Source: Spirochaetota bacterium (GTDB lineage Bacteria; Spirochaetota; UBA4802; UBA5550). Taken from it: 64,000 nt of DNA. The notes under the pieces were generated by a model that worked only from the letters and a program-made list of their open reading frames with translations, did no database searches and had not been told where the DNA came from. A program made the position numbers and the translations under genes. The DNA lies in NCBI GenBank assembly GCA_029564515.1, contig JAKQPV010000048.1:15610-79609 (forward strand). Reading direction: 5' to 3'. Shown here piece by piece: positions 9,534 to 18,505 of this stretch (positions are counted from its first letter, which is position 1; each line of letters starts with the position of its first letter).

Positions 9534-10794
9534 CTTCAGCCTCGCCTTCGCAGACGCGGAAGGCCATGTCTGGGACTACCCCGGCCGGGAGCCGGCATTC
9601 CGCGCCGGCAACCGGCTCGTCAGGCTTTCGCCCGGCGAGCTGATCCCGCTCCCATACGGGAGCTACCTTTTCTCGCTGCCGGAACGTTATCCGCTCTCAT
9701 TCAACAGGAAGAAAAGGGACTTCAACCCCGTCACTGCCTCGCCGGACGGCGACGAGATCACCGCCGCCTCCGCATTCCTGGCTTCCGCCTATCTCCGGAC
9801 CCATCTCCCCGCATTTGCGCGGAAGAAAGGGGCGCCGGTGCTGCCGATGTGGGCCTACGCCGGCGTGGCGGTCTCGGACGGAGAGTTCGTCGTGCCGGCG
9901 GTCCGCATTGACGATGACCCGCGCTCGGACCCTGCGATCCACGAGAACGACGAAGAGCTCCGCGCCGCCATCGGCGAAACGACGGCCCTGTTCCCGGACA
10001 ACCGGCTGGTGGGGCAGCTTGCAGTCTGTTCCACGGAGTACCGCTGCCTCTGCGCCAGGAACTTTTTCCTGGGCCGCCACGAGGCGCCGGTGCCCACGTC
10101 GCCGGCATGCAACGCCGACTGCGTGGGCTGCCTGTCGCGGCAGGCCGGCGACTCGCCCTTCCCGCCGTCGCAGCCCCGGCTTGATTTCAGGCCGGCGCCG
10201 GAAGAGATCGCGGCGGTCATCCTGCACCACCTCGGGCGGGTCGACCGGGCGGTCGCAAGCTTCGGGCAGGGTTGCGAAGGAGAGCCGCTCCTCCGCGCCG
10301 GGGACCTGGCGGCTGCAGTGCGCCTGGTGCGGGAAAAGACCGGCCGCGGCACGATCAACATCAACACAAACGGCTCCCTTCCCGGCGGGGTGAAGGCGCT
10401 CGCGGCGGCCGGCATCGATTCGATCAGGATAAGCCTCAACTCGCCCACGGAGGAGTATTACACGCGCTACCACCGTCCCGCGGGGTATTCCTTTTCGGAT
10501 GTGCTCAGGTCGGTCGGCACCGCACTCGACGCGGGCATATTCGTATCGATCAACCTCTTTTTCATGCCCGGGTTCACGGACATGGAGACCGAGGTCGGGG
10601 CGCTGGAAGGCTTTCTGAACCGCTTCCCCGTCAACATGATACAGACCCGCAACATGAACATAGACCCGGACTATTATTTCGAGCGGATCGGTTTCCGCGA
10701 ATCGGAACCGCTGGGGATAACGGCCCTGCTCGCCCTGCTGGGGAAGAAGTACCCCGCGGTGCGACTGGGCTACTACAACCCGCCCCTGCGGTAA
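9508..10794 (+). CDS. radical SAM protein with an uncharacterised N-terminal domain of about 200 aa
   Basis: CX3CX2C cluster motif 'CNADCVGC', 'GQGCEGEPLL' and 'NTNGS'. The first 62 codons of track ORF 9322..10794 look non-coding (Ala/Ser/Gly/Pro-rich junk), so a GTG start at 9508 or 9514 is preferred. Confidence 0.75.
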   Translation: MHVKKTGRDFSLAFADAEGHVWDYPGREPAFRAGNRLVRLSPGELIPLPYGSYLFSLPERYPLSFNRKKRDFNPVTASPDGDEITAASAFLASAYLRTHLPAFARKKGAPVLPMWAYAGVAVSDGEFVVPAVRIDDDPRSDPAIHENDEELRAAIGETTALFPDNRLVGQLAVCSTEYRCLCARNFFLGRHEAPVPTSPACNADCVGCLSRQAGDSPFPPSQPRLDFRPAPEEIAAVILHHLGRVDRAVASFGQGCEGEPLLRAGDLAAAVRLVREKTGRGTININTNGSLPGGVKALAAAGIDSIRISLNSPTEEYYTRYHRPAGYSFSDVLRSVGTALDAGIFVSINLFFMPGFTDMETEVGALEGFLNRFPVNMIQTRNMNIDPDYYFERIGFRESEPLGITALLALLGKKYPAVRLGYYNPPLR

Positions 10795-10889
10795 GGGCGC
10801 GGCGCCGGCCCATATATTTCTTGACGAAAAGAATAGTTGGCTGTCAATTTGATCGCATCGTCAATTCTCGTGCGAGAAGGGAGAAGACC

Positions 10890-11504
10890 ATGGCCGAAAC
10901 CATAATTCATGCGCTGGTCCTCATGCAGAACTGGGGGGAAGACGCCGATATCGTATCTATGCTCACTCAGAACAGGCACGTGATATCTCTTTTCCACATC
11001 ATGGGCCGTCACAGTTATCTCATGGACGCCAATTTTGACGGGAAGGCGCAGCTCGCGGAATGGATCACGCAGATGAAGGCCACGCGGCTCACGTCAGGCA
11101 TTCCGGCCATTATCTCGATACAGACCCAGCGCATCATCGACGTGTATAAAAAGAAGGACGATTTCAAGCTGGCGGACTACCTGAGCATGAAAGAGCCGTA
11201 CCACTTTTTCGTCAAGATCGACAACCCGCACCATGATGACGCGTTGCTGAAGCTCCTGACGAAGAGCCGGATCGTGCATTCCATACTGCACGTGCAGGGC
11301 GAGAACTCCTTTACCATCGAGGTCATCGCGTCCAGTTATGACGATTACCGGGCGCTTCTCTCCGAGATGAAGCTGCTCAAGACCATTCATCACATCGAGA
11401 CCCAGGAAGTCATCTCGGTGCTGAAGTACCGGAACCAGATCATCGGGGCGGGCGGGAAGCCGGAAACGGGTACGGACGATATCAGGGAATTGTACACGTT
11501 ATAG
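10890..11504 (+). CDS. tandem RAM (AsnC/Lrp ligand-binding-type) domain protein without an HTH
   Basis: 204 aa from ATG 10890. Two internal repeats of about 80 aa with an AsnC_trans_reg-like pattern ('...HIMGRHSYLMDANF...' and '...HVQGENSFTIEVIA...'). The upstream part of track ORF 10272..11504 is out-of-frame overlap with the radical SAM gene. Confidence 0.6.
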   Translation: MAETIIHALVLMQNWGEDADIVSMLTQNRHVISLFHIMGRHSYLMDANFDGKAQLAEWITQMKATRLTSGIPAIISIQTQRIIDVYKKKDDFKLADYLSMKEPYHFFVKIDNPHHDDALLKLLTKSRIVHSILHVQGENSFTIEVIASSYDDYRALLSEMKLLKTIHHIETQEVISVLKYRNQIIGAGGKPETGTDDIRELYTL

Positions 11505-11581
11505 CCCCCTCCCGGTCTCCCCCGCAAGCGGGGGAGGCGGCCGCAGGCCGGTGGGGGAACGTATATCGCGAGGAATAAGCC

Positions 11582-11995
11582 ATGAGTACGCCAGTCACAA
11601 TAGAGAACCCGATCGAATACGCGCGGGAAGTCGTAGGCCGTGACCCGTTCGCCACGTTTCTCGGCATCGAGGTCGAAGAGGTTCGCGAGGCCTATTCCCG
11701 GGTCGCCGTCACGGTGAAGCCGGAGTTCTTTAACGCGGTCGACAGGGCGCACGGCGCGTTTATCCACGCCGTGGCCGACCAGGCGTTCGCCGTGGCCTGC
11801 AACAGCACAGGGGTGATGGCCATAGCCGTGAATTTCCAGATCAACTACCTCTCGTCCGCCGGTGACGGCGAGAGGATTTTCGCCGAGGGCCGCCCGGTCA
11901 ACATCGGGCGTAAAGTCAGCGTGTGGAGCATCGAGGTGCGGGGCGCCGCCGGCAAGCTGATCGCAACCGGCACCGGGACGGCCTACCACAAGTAA
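11582..11995 (+). CDS. PaaI-family hotdog-fold thioesterase
   Basis: 137 aa. 'HGAFIHAVADQAF' and the overall PaaI/4HBT pattern. RBS 'GAGGAA' upstream. Confidence 0.75.
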   Translation: MSTPVTIENPIEYAREVVGRDPFATFLGIEVEEVREAYSRVAVTVKPEFFNAVDRAHGAFIHAVADQAFAVACNSTGVMAIAVNFQINYLSSAGDGERIFAEGRPVNIGRKVSVWSIEVRGAAGKLIATGTGTAYHK

Positions 11996-12020
11996 AGGGC
12001 CGGCGCGAAGAAATAAATTC

Positions 12021-12051
12021 TTGACAGCGGCCTTCCCGGCCGTGGTATACT
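12021..12051 (+). promoter_or_regulatory. sigma70-like promoter with extended -10
   Basis: TTGACA (12021-12026), a 19-nt spacer, then TGgTATACT (12043-12051), upstream of the lipoprotein gene. Confidence 0.45.
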
Positions 12052-12085
12052 TCTGTTACAGTCTGGCAAGCGGGAGATTAATGCA

Positions 12086-12469
12086 TTGAAACGAATTATT
12101 GCGGCGATAGCGATAGCGGCGTGCCTGCTCTTCGTGCTGGCGTGCGACGTGTTCGTGCCCGGAAAGGACCTGGACACGCTCCGGGAGAAAGAAAACAGGA
12201 TCTACGTTCTTAAGAGCGACCTTGAGATAGACGGGAAAAAGCTGAAGAAGGGCGAGGAAGTCCGGATCAAGATTACGCCGGGAAGCGGCTGGATCAAGGT
12301 CCACGCGTATCCAGCGCGGTCCGACGAGCTGAAGGCCGAGTACCTTCTGCTCCTCTTCGTGTTTGATGACGAGTTCGAGAAAAACAAGTACAATGCCGGT
12401 TATTTCAACGAGCGGCTTGGGGCCCTGATAGCTGACAGGAGAGCCGCGCCGGTTATCAAAAAGAAATAG
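12086..12469 (+). CDS. small lipoprotein, unknown function
   Basis: TTG start 9 nt after 'GGGAG'. Signal plus lipobox 'LLFVLAC'. 127 aa. Confidence 0.6.
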   Translation: MKRIIAAIAIAACLLFVLACDVFVPGKDLDTLREKENRIYVLKSDLEIDGKKLKKGEEVRIKITPGSGWIKVHAYPARSDELKAEYLLLLFVFDDEFEKNKYNAGYFNERLGALIADRRAAPVIKKK

Positions 12470-12484
12470 GGTCTGGACACGATT

Positions 12485-13366
12485 ATGTTCGAGGGAGTTT
12501 ACACCGCGCTGATAACGCCGTTCAGGAACGGCTCGATCGATTACGGGGCGCTGGAGAAACTGGTTGCCATGCAGGTCGAGGGCGGCGTCGACGGCATAGT
12601 GCCGATGGGCACTACCGGCGAGTCGCCGACCGTGTCGTTTGACGAGCACAAGGAGTTCATCCGGCGCGTGGTCGGCCTGGTGAAAGGGCGCGTGAAGGTC
12701 ATCGCCGGCACCGGGGCCAATTCGACCAGGGAGGCGATCTGGCTCTCCCGCGAGGCGGAGGAGGCCGGCGTCGACGGCGTGCTCCAGGTCAACCCGTACT
12801 ATAACAAGCCGACGCAGCGCGGACTCATCGCTCATTTCGAGAGCGTGGCGAAATCCATCACGGTGCCCGTCGTCCTCTACAACATTCCGGGAAGAACGGG
12901 CGTGAATTTCCTGCCGGCCAGCGTGAAGGAGCTCCTGGACCGCGCCGGCAACGTCGTTGCCATGAAGGAAGCCTCCGGCGACATCCAGCAAATGATGGAG
13001 CTGTACGAGCTCTGCGGCGAGCGGCTGACCCTGCTCTCCGGAGACGATAACATACTGCTCCCGTTCCTGTCCATCGGGGGGAAGGGCGTCGTCAGCGTGG
13101 TCTCGAACCTTCTCCCTGCGGACGTGAAGAGCGTGGTGACCTGCTATGACCGCGGCGATATCGGCGGGGCGCGGGAGCGCTTCTACCGCCTCCTGCCGCT
13201 CTGCCGCGCCATGTTCCTTGAGACGAACCCGATCCCGGTCAAGGCCGCGATGGCCATGGCCGGATACTGCACGGATGACCTTCGCCTGCCGCTCGTTCCC
13301 GTTTCGGACGAGAACCGGGCGAAGCTCCGGAAGGCCCTTCTCGATTACGGGGTGGAGCTGAAATGA
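12485..13366 (+). CDS. dapA: 4-hydroxy-tetrahydrodipicolinate synthase
   Basis: 293 aa. 'GTTGESPT' and 'YNIPGRTG' DapA signatures. Confidence 0.92.
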   Translation: MFEGVYTALITPFRNGSIDYGALEKLVAMQVEGGVDGIVPMGTTGESPTVSFDEHKEFIRRVVGLVKGRVKVIAGTGANSTREAIWLSREAEEAGVDGVLQVNPYYNKPTQRGLIAHFESVAKSITVPVVLYNIPGRTGVNFLPASVKELLDRAGNVVAMKEASGDIQQMMELYELCGERLTLLSGDDNILLPFLSIGGKGVVSVVSNLLPADVKSVVTCYDRGDIGGARERFYRLLPLCRAMFLETNPIPVKAAMAMAGYCTDDLRLPLVPVSDENRAKLRKALLDYGVELK

Positions 13367-14160
13367 GAATCGGCATATGCGGCATATGCGGCAGGATGGG
13401 CGTCATGATCATGAAAGAGGCCCTGCAGCGGGGTCACTCGATCGCGGCGGCCTTCGATCATGACGGGGCGCCCCTGTTCGGCCGCGATGCGGGCGCCCTC
13501 CTCAACATGAAGGACCTGGGCGTCACCGTGGCCGCGGTCAACGAGGAGGACGTGGCGCGCTGCGACGGCATTATAGACTTTTCCTCACCCGCCGCCACGA
13601 TGAGGCTGCTCGACGCGGCGATTGCACAAAAAAAGCCGCTGGTCATAGGTACCACCGGCTTTTCGGCGGAGGAGACCGGGCGTATCAGGACAGCGTCGGG
13701 CGTTGTCCCGCTCCTTTTCTCGCCCAACATGTCGCGGGGCGTCAACGTGCTGTTCCGGCTTACGGAGTTCGCGGCCGGGGCGCTGGGCCCCGATTACGAC
13801 GTGGAGATATTCGAAGCGCACCACCGGTTCAAGAAGGACGCTCCCTCGGGCACGGCCAGGCGGCTTGTCGAGGCCGTGAAGTCCGCCATGAAGGGGCTCG
13901 GCGGTGCGAAAGAGGTCGCCGGGCGGAGCGGGATGACCGGCGAGCGGACCAGCAACGAGATCGGCGTGCATGCGATGCGGGGCGGCGATATCGTGGGAGA
14001 GCATACGGTGTTTTTCGTGACCGCGGGCGAGCGCATCGAGCTGACGCACCGCGCCACCAGCAGGGAGTCGCTGGCCAGGGGCGCGGTCGCCGCGGTGGAG
14101 TTCTGTTCCGGCAAATCGGCCGGACTATATACCATGTACGACGTGCTGGGGTTCAAATGA
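13363..14160 (+). CDS. dapB: 4-hydroxy-tetrahydrodipicolinate reductase
   Basis: 265 aa. N-terminal 'GICGRMG' nucleotide loop, 'GTTGF' and 'EAHHRFKKDAPSGTA' DapB signature. ATGA overlap with dapA. Confidence 0.92.
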   Translation: MRIGICGICGRMGVMIMKEALQRGHSIAAAFDHDGAPLFGRDAGALLNMKDLGVTVAAVNEEDVARCDGIIDFSSPAATMRLLDAAIAQKKPLVIGTTGFSAEETGRIRTASGVVPLLFSPNMSRGVNVLFRLTEFAAGALGPDYDVEIFEAHHRFKKDAPSGTARRLVEAVKSAMKGLGGAKEVAGRSGMTGERTSNEIGVHAMRGGDIVGEHTVFFVTAGERIELTHRATSRESLARGAVAAVEFCSGKSAGLYTMYDVLGFK

Positions 14161-15101
14161 CAGACAAAAAAGAGCAACCGGCTGACGACAAGCGCGAATT
14201 CGAGGAAAATCCCTTTAACCCGGAGAACCGGCGGCCCGAGGACGTCGTCAGGCTCTTCTACACCAACAACGTGCCCATCATTCCCGTCATATCCAAGCGG
14301 GGGATCCTCATCGGCGTTCTGAAAAAAGAGGACGTGGTGTCCGAGCTTTCGGACCTGGAGCGCGCGCGCAAGCTCAAGATAGACGATTGCATCAACCGGC
14401 TGGCGAAGAAAATGACGCTGGACGAGCTCCTGCCGTACGGCAACATGAAGGAATTCGTTGTCATCAACATATTCGGAGAGCCGCAGGGCACCTGGTCACG
14501 GCTCCAGCTCTTTACCGCTTCGGAGGTCCCGGAGCGGGCCGCGGCGGCAGTCCAGTCCGAGGCGGTCCAGCAGAAGGAGGAGCAGGTGCTCGAGTGGATG
14601 ATATACCTCATCCTGGAGCACATACCGCGCGCCCTCTACGCGGTCAACATTAACGGGAAGACCATATTCTACAACAGCCACTTCGAGGACCTGTACCGCC
14701 GCCAGTTCAAAAAAGACGTTGACGTAGGGCTCGTGGAACAGTCGCTGGCGAACACGGAGAGGAACGAGCTCCTCTCGGGCAGGAAGAACGATGACCTGCT
14801 CTTCTTCAACAGCGAATTGAAGCTCCATTACGAGAAGATCCCCCTCATGAGCAAGAGGAAGAAAGTCGGGTTCCTGTTTTTCTGCTCCCTTGCCGACGGC
14901 GACACCGGCGGGTCGCTCATCCCGGGCGTGGACATACGATCGAAGTCCCTGGAAGATATCAGCGGGGCGGTCGAGCGGATGGTGCTTGTCGACCTGATAC
15001 AGAACAAAAAGGACATGGCCGCTGTGGCCAAATCGCTGAAAATCAGCCAGAAGTCACTCACGCACAAGGTGAAAAAACACGGCATAAAGGTCAAGAGCTG
15101 A
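14157..15101 (+). CDS. CBS-like / PAS-like protein with C-terminal Fis-type HTH (putative regulator)
   Basis: 314 aa. ATGA overlap with dapB. The C-terminal 'MAAVAKSLKISQKSLTHKVKKHGI' fits an HTH_8/Fis-type helix-turn-helix. The N-terminal 'IPVISKRGILIGVLKKEDV' is CBS-like. Confidence 0.6.
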   Translation: MTDKKEQPADDKREFEENPFNPENRRPEDVVRLFYTNNVPIIPVISKRGILIGVLKKEDVVSELSDLERARKLKIDDCINRLAKKMTLDELLPYGNMKEFVVINIFGEPQGTWSRLQLFTASEVPERAAAAVQSEAVQQKEEQVLEWMIYLILEHIPRALYAVNINGKTIFYNSHFEDLYRRQFKKDVDVGLVEQSLANTERNELLSGRKNDDLLFFNSELKLHYEKIPLMSKRKKVGFLFFCSLADGDTGGSLIPGVDIRSKSLEDISGAVERMVLVDLIQNKKDMAAVAKSLKISQKSLTHKVKKHGIKVKS

Positions 15102-15128
15102 TCGTTCATCGCATTTTAAAAAACGCGA

Positions 15129-15157
15129 CTTGAAAAAATAGTTGAAAGGGTTTACTA
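15129..15157 (+). promoter_or_regulatory. sigma70-like promoter upstream of rho
   Basis: TTGAAA, 17 nt, TACTAT. A second candidate is TTGACT (15197), 16 nt, TACATT (15219). Either implies a rho leader longer than 200 nt. Confidence 0.45.
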
Positions 15158-15439
15158 TTTTTATTATATTCAAGTACGGATTTGATGATATTTTTCTTGA
15201 CTAAAAGCGGTTAGCCCATACATTGTCCCTATCTGGAACAGAAGTGGCGCCTCCGATTCTTCATCAGGTGTTTTTCCCGAAATTATCTGTTAAAGGACGT
15301 TGTTGAGAGAGTTTTGCATTATATAACCCTGCATAAAAATAATACTATAACAGTACGGTATTTTCTAAATCTCTGACATCATTATTAATGAACCTGATAA
15401 ATCGAATCGACACATCAATCTCATACCACTCATAAGGAC

Positions 15440-16840
15440 ATGCCCATGGCACGAACTACGGATTCAGCAAAGGCCGCGAACAAGGCCGACAACCAGGTCG
15501 TAAACGGAACCGAGCCTGCGGTCGCGGAAGCGGCCGCCCCTGCGGAAACGCCGCCGCCCGCAACAAACGGGAAAACGGACTCCGGGACCTGGCTTGACCT
15601 TGGGGAGCTGAAAACCAAGAAGATCACCGATCTCGTCAACATAGCCAAGGAGATGGGGATCGAGCGCATCTACGGCCTGAAGAAACAGGACCTGATCCTC
15701 GAGATCCTCAAGTCGCAGACCGAGCAGAAGGGCCTCATCTTCTCCAGCGGCGTTCTCGAGATTCTTGCCGACGGGTACGGGTTCCTCCGCTCGCCCAACT
15801 ACAACTACCTGCCCGGCCCGGACGACATCTATGTGTCCCCGTCGCAGATCAGGCTGTTCGGCCTTAAGACCGGCGATACCATTGCCGGCCAGATACGCCC
15901 CCCGAAGGACAACGAGCGGTTTTACGCGCTCCTCCGGATCGAGGCCGTGAACTTCGAGAACCCGGAACAGCTCCAGCACCGGGTCCTGTTTGACAACCTG
16001 ACGCCGCTGTATCCCCAGGAGCGCATCAGCCTGGAGACCACGGGCGAGAACGTGGACATGCGGATCGTAAACCTGATGACCCCGATCGGCAAAGGACAGC
16101 GCGCCCTGATCGTCGCGCCGCCCCGCACCGGTAAAACCATACTGCTCCAGAAAATAGCGAACTCCATTACCACCAACCATCCGGAGATATACCTGATCGT
16201 CCTGCTTATCGACGAACGCCCTGAAGAGGTGACCGACATGCAGCGCACGGTAAAGGGCGAGGTAATCTCCTCGACCTTCGACGAGCCCGCAAGCCGGCAC
16301 GTGCAGGTCACGGAAATGGTGCTCGAGAAGGCCAAGCGCCTGGTCGAGCACAAGATGGACGTGGTCATTCTTCTTGACTCCATCACGCGACTGGCGCGGG
16401 CCTACAACCAGGTGGTGCCGACCAGCGGCAAGATCCTGTCAGGCGGCGTCGACTCGAACGCCCTGCACCGGCCGAAGCGCTTCTTCGGCGCGGCCCGGAA
16501 CATCGAGGAGGGGGGCAGCCTGACGATCCTGGCCACCGCCCTGATCGACACCGGAAGCCGGATGGACGAGGTCATTTTCGAGGAGTTCAAGGGCACCGGC
16601 AACAGCGAGCTGCACCTGGACCGCAAGCTGGTGGACCGCCGGATATTCCCGGCAATAGACATAAGCCGGTCCGGCACCCGGAAGGAGGAATTATTGCTTG
16701 ACACGGAAGAGCTGAATAAACTATGGGTCTTGAGAAAGGCACTTTCATCAATGAGCGCCACCGAGGCGATGGAGCTGCTCGTTGAGAAGATGAAGGCGAC
16801 GAAGAACAATAAAGCGTTTTTCAAGGCCATGAATTCATAA
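15440..16840 (+). CDS. rho: transcription termination factor Rho
   Basis: 466 aa. Rho N-terminal helix bundle ('[19 protein letters not shown]'), an OB RNA-binding domain, Walker A 'PPRTGKT' and Q/R loops. About 55 aa of low-complexity N-terminal extension. Confidence 0.95.
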   Translation: MPMARTTDSAKAANKADNQVVNGTEPAVAEAAAPAETPPPATNGKTDSGTWLDLGELKTKKITDLVNIAKEMGIERIYGLKKQDLILEILKSQTEQKGLIFSSGVLEILADGYGFLRSPNYNYLPGPDDIYVSPSQIRLFGLKTGDTIAGQIRPPKDNERFYALLRIEAVNFENPEQLQHRVLFDNLTPLYPQERISLETTGENVDMRIVNLMTPIGKGQRALIVAPPRTGKTILLQKIANSITTNHPEIYLIVLLIDERPEEVTDMQRTVKGEVISSTFDEPASRHVQVTEMVLEKAKRLVEHKMDVVILLDSITRLARAYNQVVPTSGKILSGGVDSNALHRPKRFFGAARNIEEGGSLTILATALIDTGSRMDEVIFEEFKGTGNSELHLDRKLVDRRIFPAIDISRSGTRKEELLLDTEELNKLWVLRKALSSMSATEAMELLVEKMKATKNNKAFFKAMNS

Positions 16841-16856
16841 GCGAGAGGAGTTCCAG

Positions 16857-17057
16857 ATGAAACCGAAGATACATCCCGAGTACAAAGACACGGTAATAAA
16901 ATGCGCGTGCGGTAACGAAATAAAGACGAAATCGACCGCGAAAGACCTTCGCGTTGAGATTTGCTCCAACTGCCACCCTTTCTATACCGGGAAGCAGAAT
17001 ATCGTCGATACGGCCGGCCGTGTGGAAAAATTCAAGAAAAAGTACAATATAAAGTAG
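16857..17057 (+). CDS. rpmE: 50S ribosomal protein L31
   Basis: 66 aa. 'MKPKIHPEY', with a CxC...CxxCHPFYTG zinc motif. Confidence 0.95.
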   Translation: MKPKIHPEYKDTVIKCACGNEIKTKSTAKDLRVEICSNCHPFYTGKQNIVDTAGRVEKFKKKYNIK

Positions 17058-17086
17058 TGTCTGCGTACCATCATACAACAATCGGG

Positions 17087-17118
17087 GGGCTGGCCTGTGG
17101 GCCGGCCTCATTTGTTTA
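17087..17118 (+). terminator. intrinsic terminator after rpmE
   Basis: GGGGCTGGCC tgtg GGCCGGCCTC (10-bp stem including two G:U pairs) followed by a U-rich 'ATTTGTTTA'. A weaker hairpin plus T6 follows at about 17131-17164. Confidence 0.55.
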
Positions 17119-17332
17119 TAGGCGCAACCCGCCGCCCCCGTCCCGGACAACAGGCGGCTTTTTTCCATAAAACAGTGATTAAATGAGACCGAAAATGCCG
17201 ATACTCGTTTTAAGAAGAAGGAATTGCCTTATTATACTGAAATGCGCGCAGTCTGTGCCCTGAGGCATTACACGGAGCACGGAGGTCGGTGACCGGTACC
17301 GGTTTACAATTACTCTTATTAAGGAAGGAACG

Positions 17333-17518
17333 ATGGCTTCCAAGCGACTTGGTGAAATCCTCATGGAGAACGGAATAATAACCCCGAACCAGCTTAATGA
17401 GGCCCTGGGCGTACAGAGCTCCAAGGGCGGACTGCTGGGTATCATACTCGTCGAGATGGGTTACCTCAAGCCCAAAGTGCTGGCCGATTTTCTTGAGGCC
17501 CAGAAGTACTCGCATTAG
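17333..17518 (+). CDS. stand-alone MshEN (T2SSE_N-like) domain protein, putative c-di-GMP receptor
   Basis: 61 aa. Good RBS 'AAGGAAGG'. Two tandem 24-residue motifs, 'RLGEILMENGIITPNQLNEALGVQ' and 'LLGIILVEMGYLKPKVLADFLEAQ', separated by 5 residues (SSKGG). Confidence 0.7.
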   Translation: MASKRLGEILMENGIITPNQLNEALGVQSSKGGLLGIILVEMGYLKPKVLADFLEAQKYSH

Positions 17519-17560
17519 GGGTGCGGCGCAGGCCGGCGGGCATGCCGCCGCCGGCTGTGA

Positions 17561-18316
17561 TTACGCGGCTTTTCTCGCCCTGTTTTCCACCAGTATCCAT
17601 CCGAGCACGCCGGTGATAATGTAAAAAATGGAGACGACCTGCGCCTGCGTCATGCCGAGAAGCATGACCGGGTTGAGCCTGATGAACTCCACCAGCATCC
17701 GGGCAGCGCCGTTGAGTATGAGATAAATAAAGAAGATCTTGCCCGCCGGCCACTCCCTCTTGCGCATCTTCATCGCGAAAATAAATACCAGGAACGCGAA
17801 AAAGGACTCGAACAGCGATGTGGGGAACACCTCCGCGGACGTCGGCACGATGCCGTTGGGATATGCCGTGCCCAGGAACGACGCGGTGGTGATGCCGTAG
17901 CACCCGTCGCCCGACACGTGGCAGCCCAGCCGGCCGATGCCGTACGCGAGCGCCATGGCCGGCACGGTCAGGTCGAATATCTCCAATATGCTCTCCTTGT
18001 TTTTCCGTATCAGCACCATCGACAGGATAAATGCCAGGATGAAGCCGCCGAACACGGACAGGCCCGCGCCGGAAAAGATCATCCCCTTCGGGTCCCGCAG
18101 AAACTCGCCCATGTTTTCAAGGATGTGAAAGATCTTCGCCCCGATAATGGCGCTCGGGATGATGACGAGGAGGAGCTTGTACGCCAGCTCCGGGTCCTTG
18201 CCGCGTATGGTCAGCTCGCGCTCGGTGAGGAGGAAGGCCAGGTAAAAGGCAAGGCCGAGCATGAGGCCGTAACTGCCAATGTTGATGAATTTATAGCTGA
18301 ATAATATCGGATACAT
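17561..18316 (-). CDS. lgt: prolipoprotein diacylglyceryl transferase
   Basis: 252 aa from ATG 18316 ('MYPILFSYKFINIGSYGLML...'). Lgt pattern 'GRLGCHVSGDGCYG'. The upstream 107 codons of track ORF 17561..18637 look non-coding. Confidence 0.88.
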   Translation of the reverse strand: MYPILFSYKFINIGSYGLMLGLAFYLAFLLTERELTIRGKDPELAYKLLLVIIPSAIIGAKIFHILENMGEFLRDPKGMIFSGAGLSVFGGFILAFILSMVLIRKNKESILEIFDLTVPAMALAYGIGRLGCHVSGDGCYGITTASFLGTAYPNGIVPTSAEVFPTSLFESFFAFLVFIFAMKMRKREWPAGKIFFIYLILNGAARMLVEFIRLNPVMLLGMTQAQVVSIFYIITGVLGWILVENRARKAA

Positions 18317-18505
18317 CGCGTTTCCCCTGGTATTTAACGTACCGTAATGTAACATGGGGGCGAAGATATTTGTCAAGATATTTATAGGGCACCGGGGCGT
18401 GTGTATCACGGCGGCGGGAAAGATAAATAGCCTTATTTTTTGTTTGTCATATTCCGATAATTTCAATATCGTAGTATATATCATCAGGCTGGTACAGAGG
18501 GACGT

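Noticed and set aside
10272-10889. N-terminal 206 codons of track ORF 10272..11504
   Set aside because: They overlap the radical SAM gene in another frame and translate to Arg/Gly/Pro-rich junk. The real protein starts at ATG 10890, after the radical SAM stop.
13371-13390. Tandem duplication GGCATATGC GGCATATGC
   Set aside because: It lies within the dapB N-terminus and encodes 'GICGICGRMG', consistent with the normal glycine-rich nucleotide-binding loop. It is not a separate repeat feature.
17170-17332. Possible c-di-GMP riboswitch in the leader of the MshEN mini-gene
   Set aside because: The leader has small palindromes (CGGTGACCG, ACCGGTACCGGT), but I could not match GEMM-I/II consensus elements by eye. 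An Infernal scan would be needed to revisit this.
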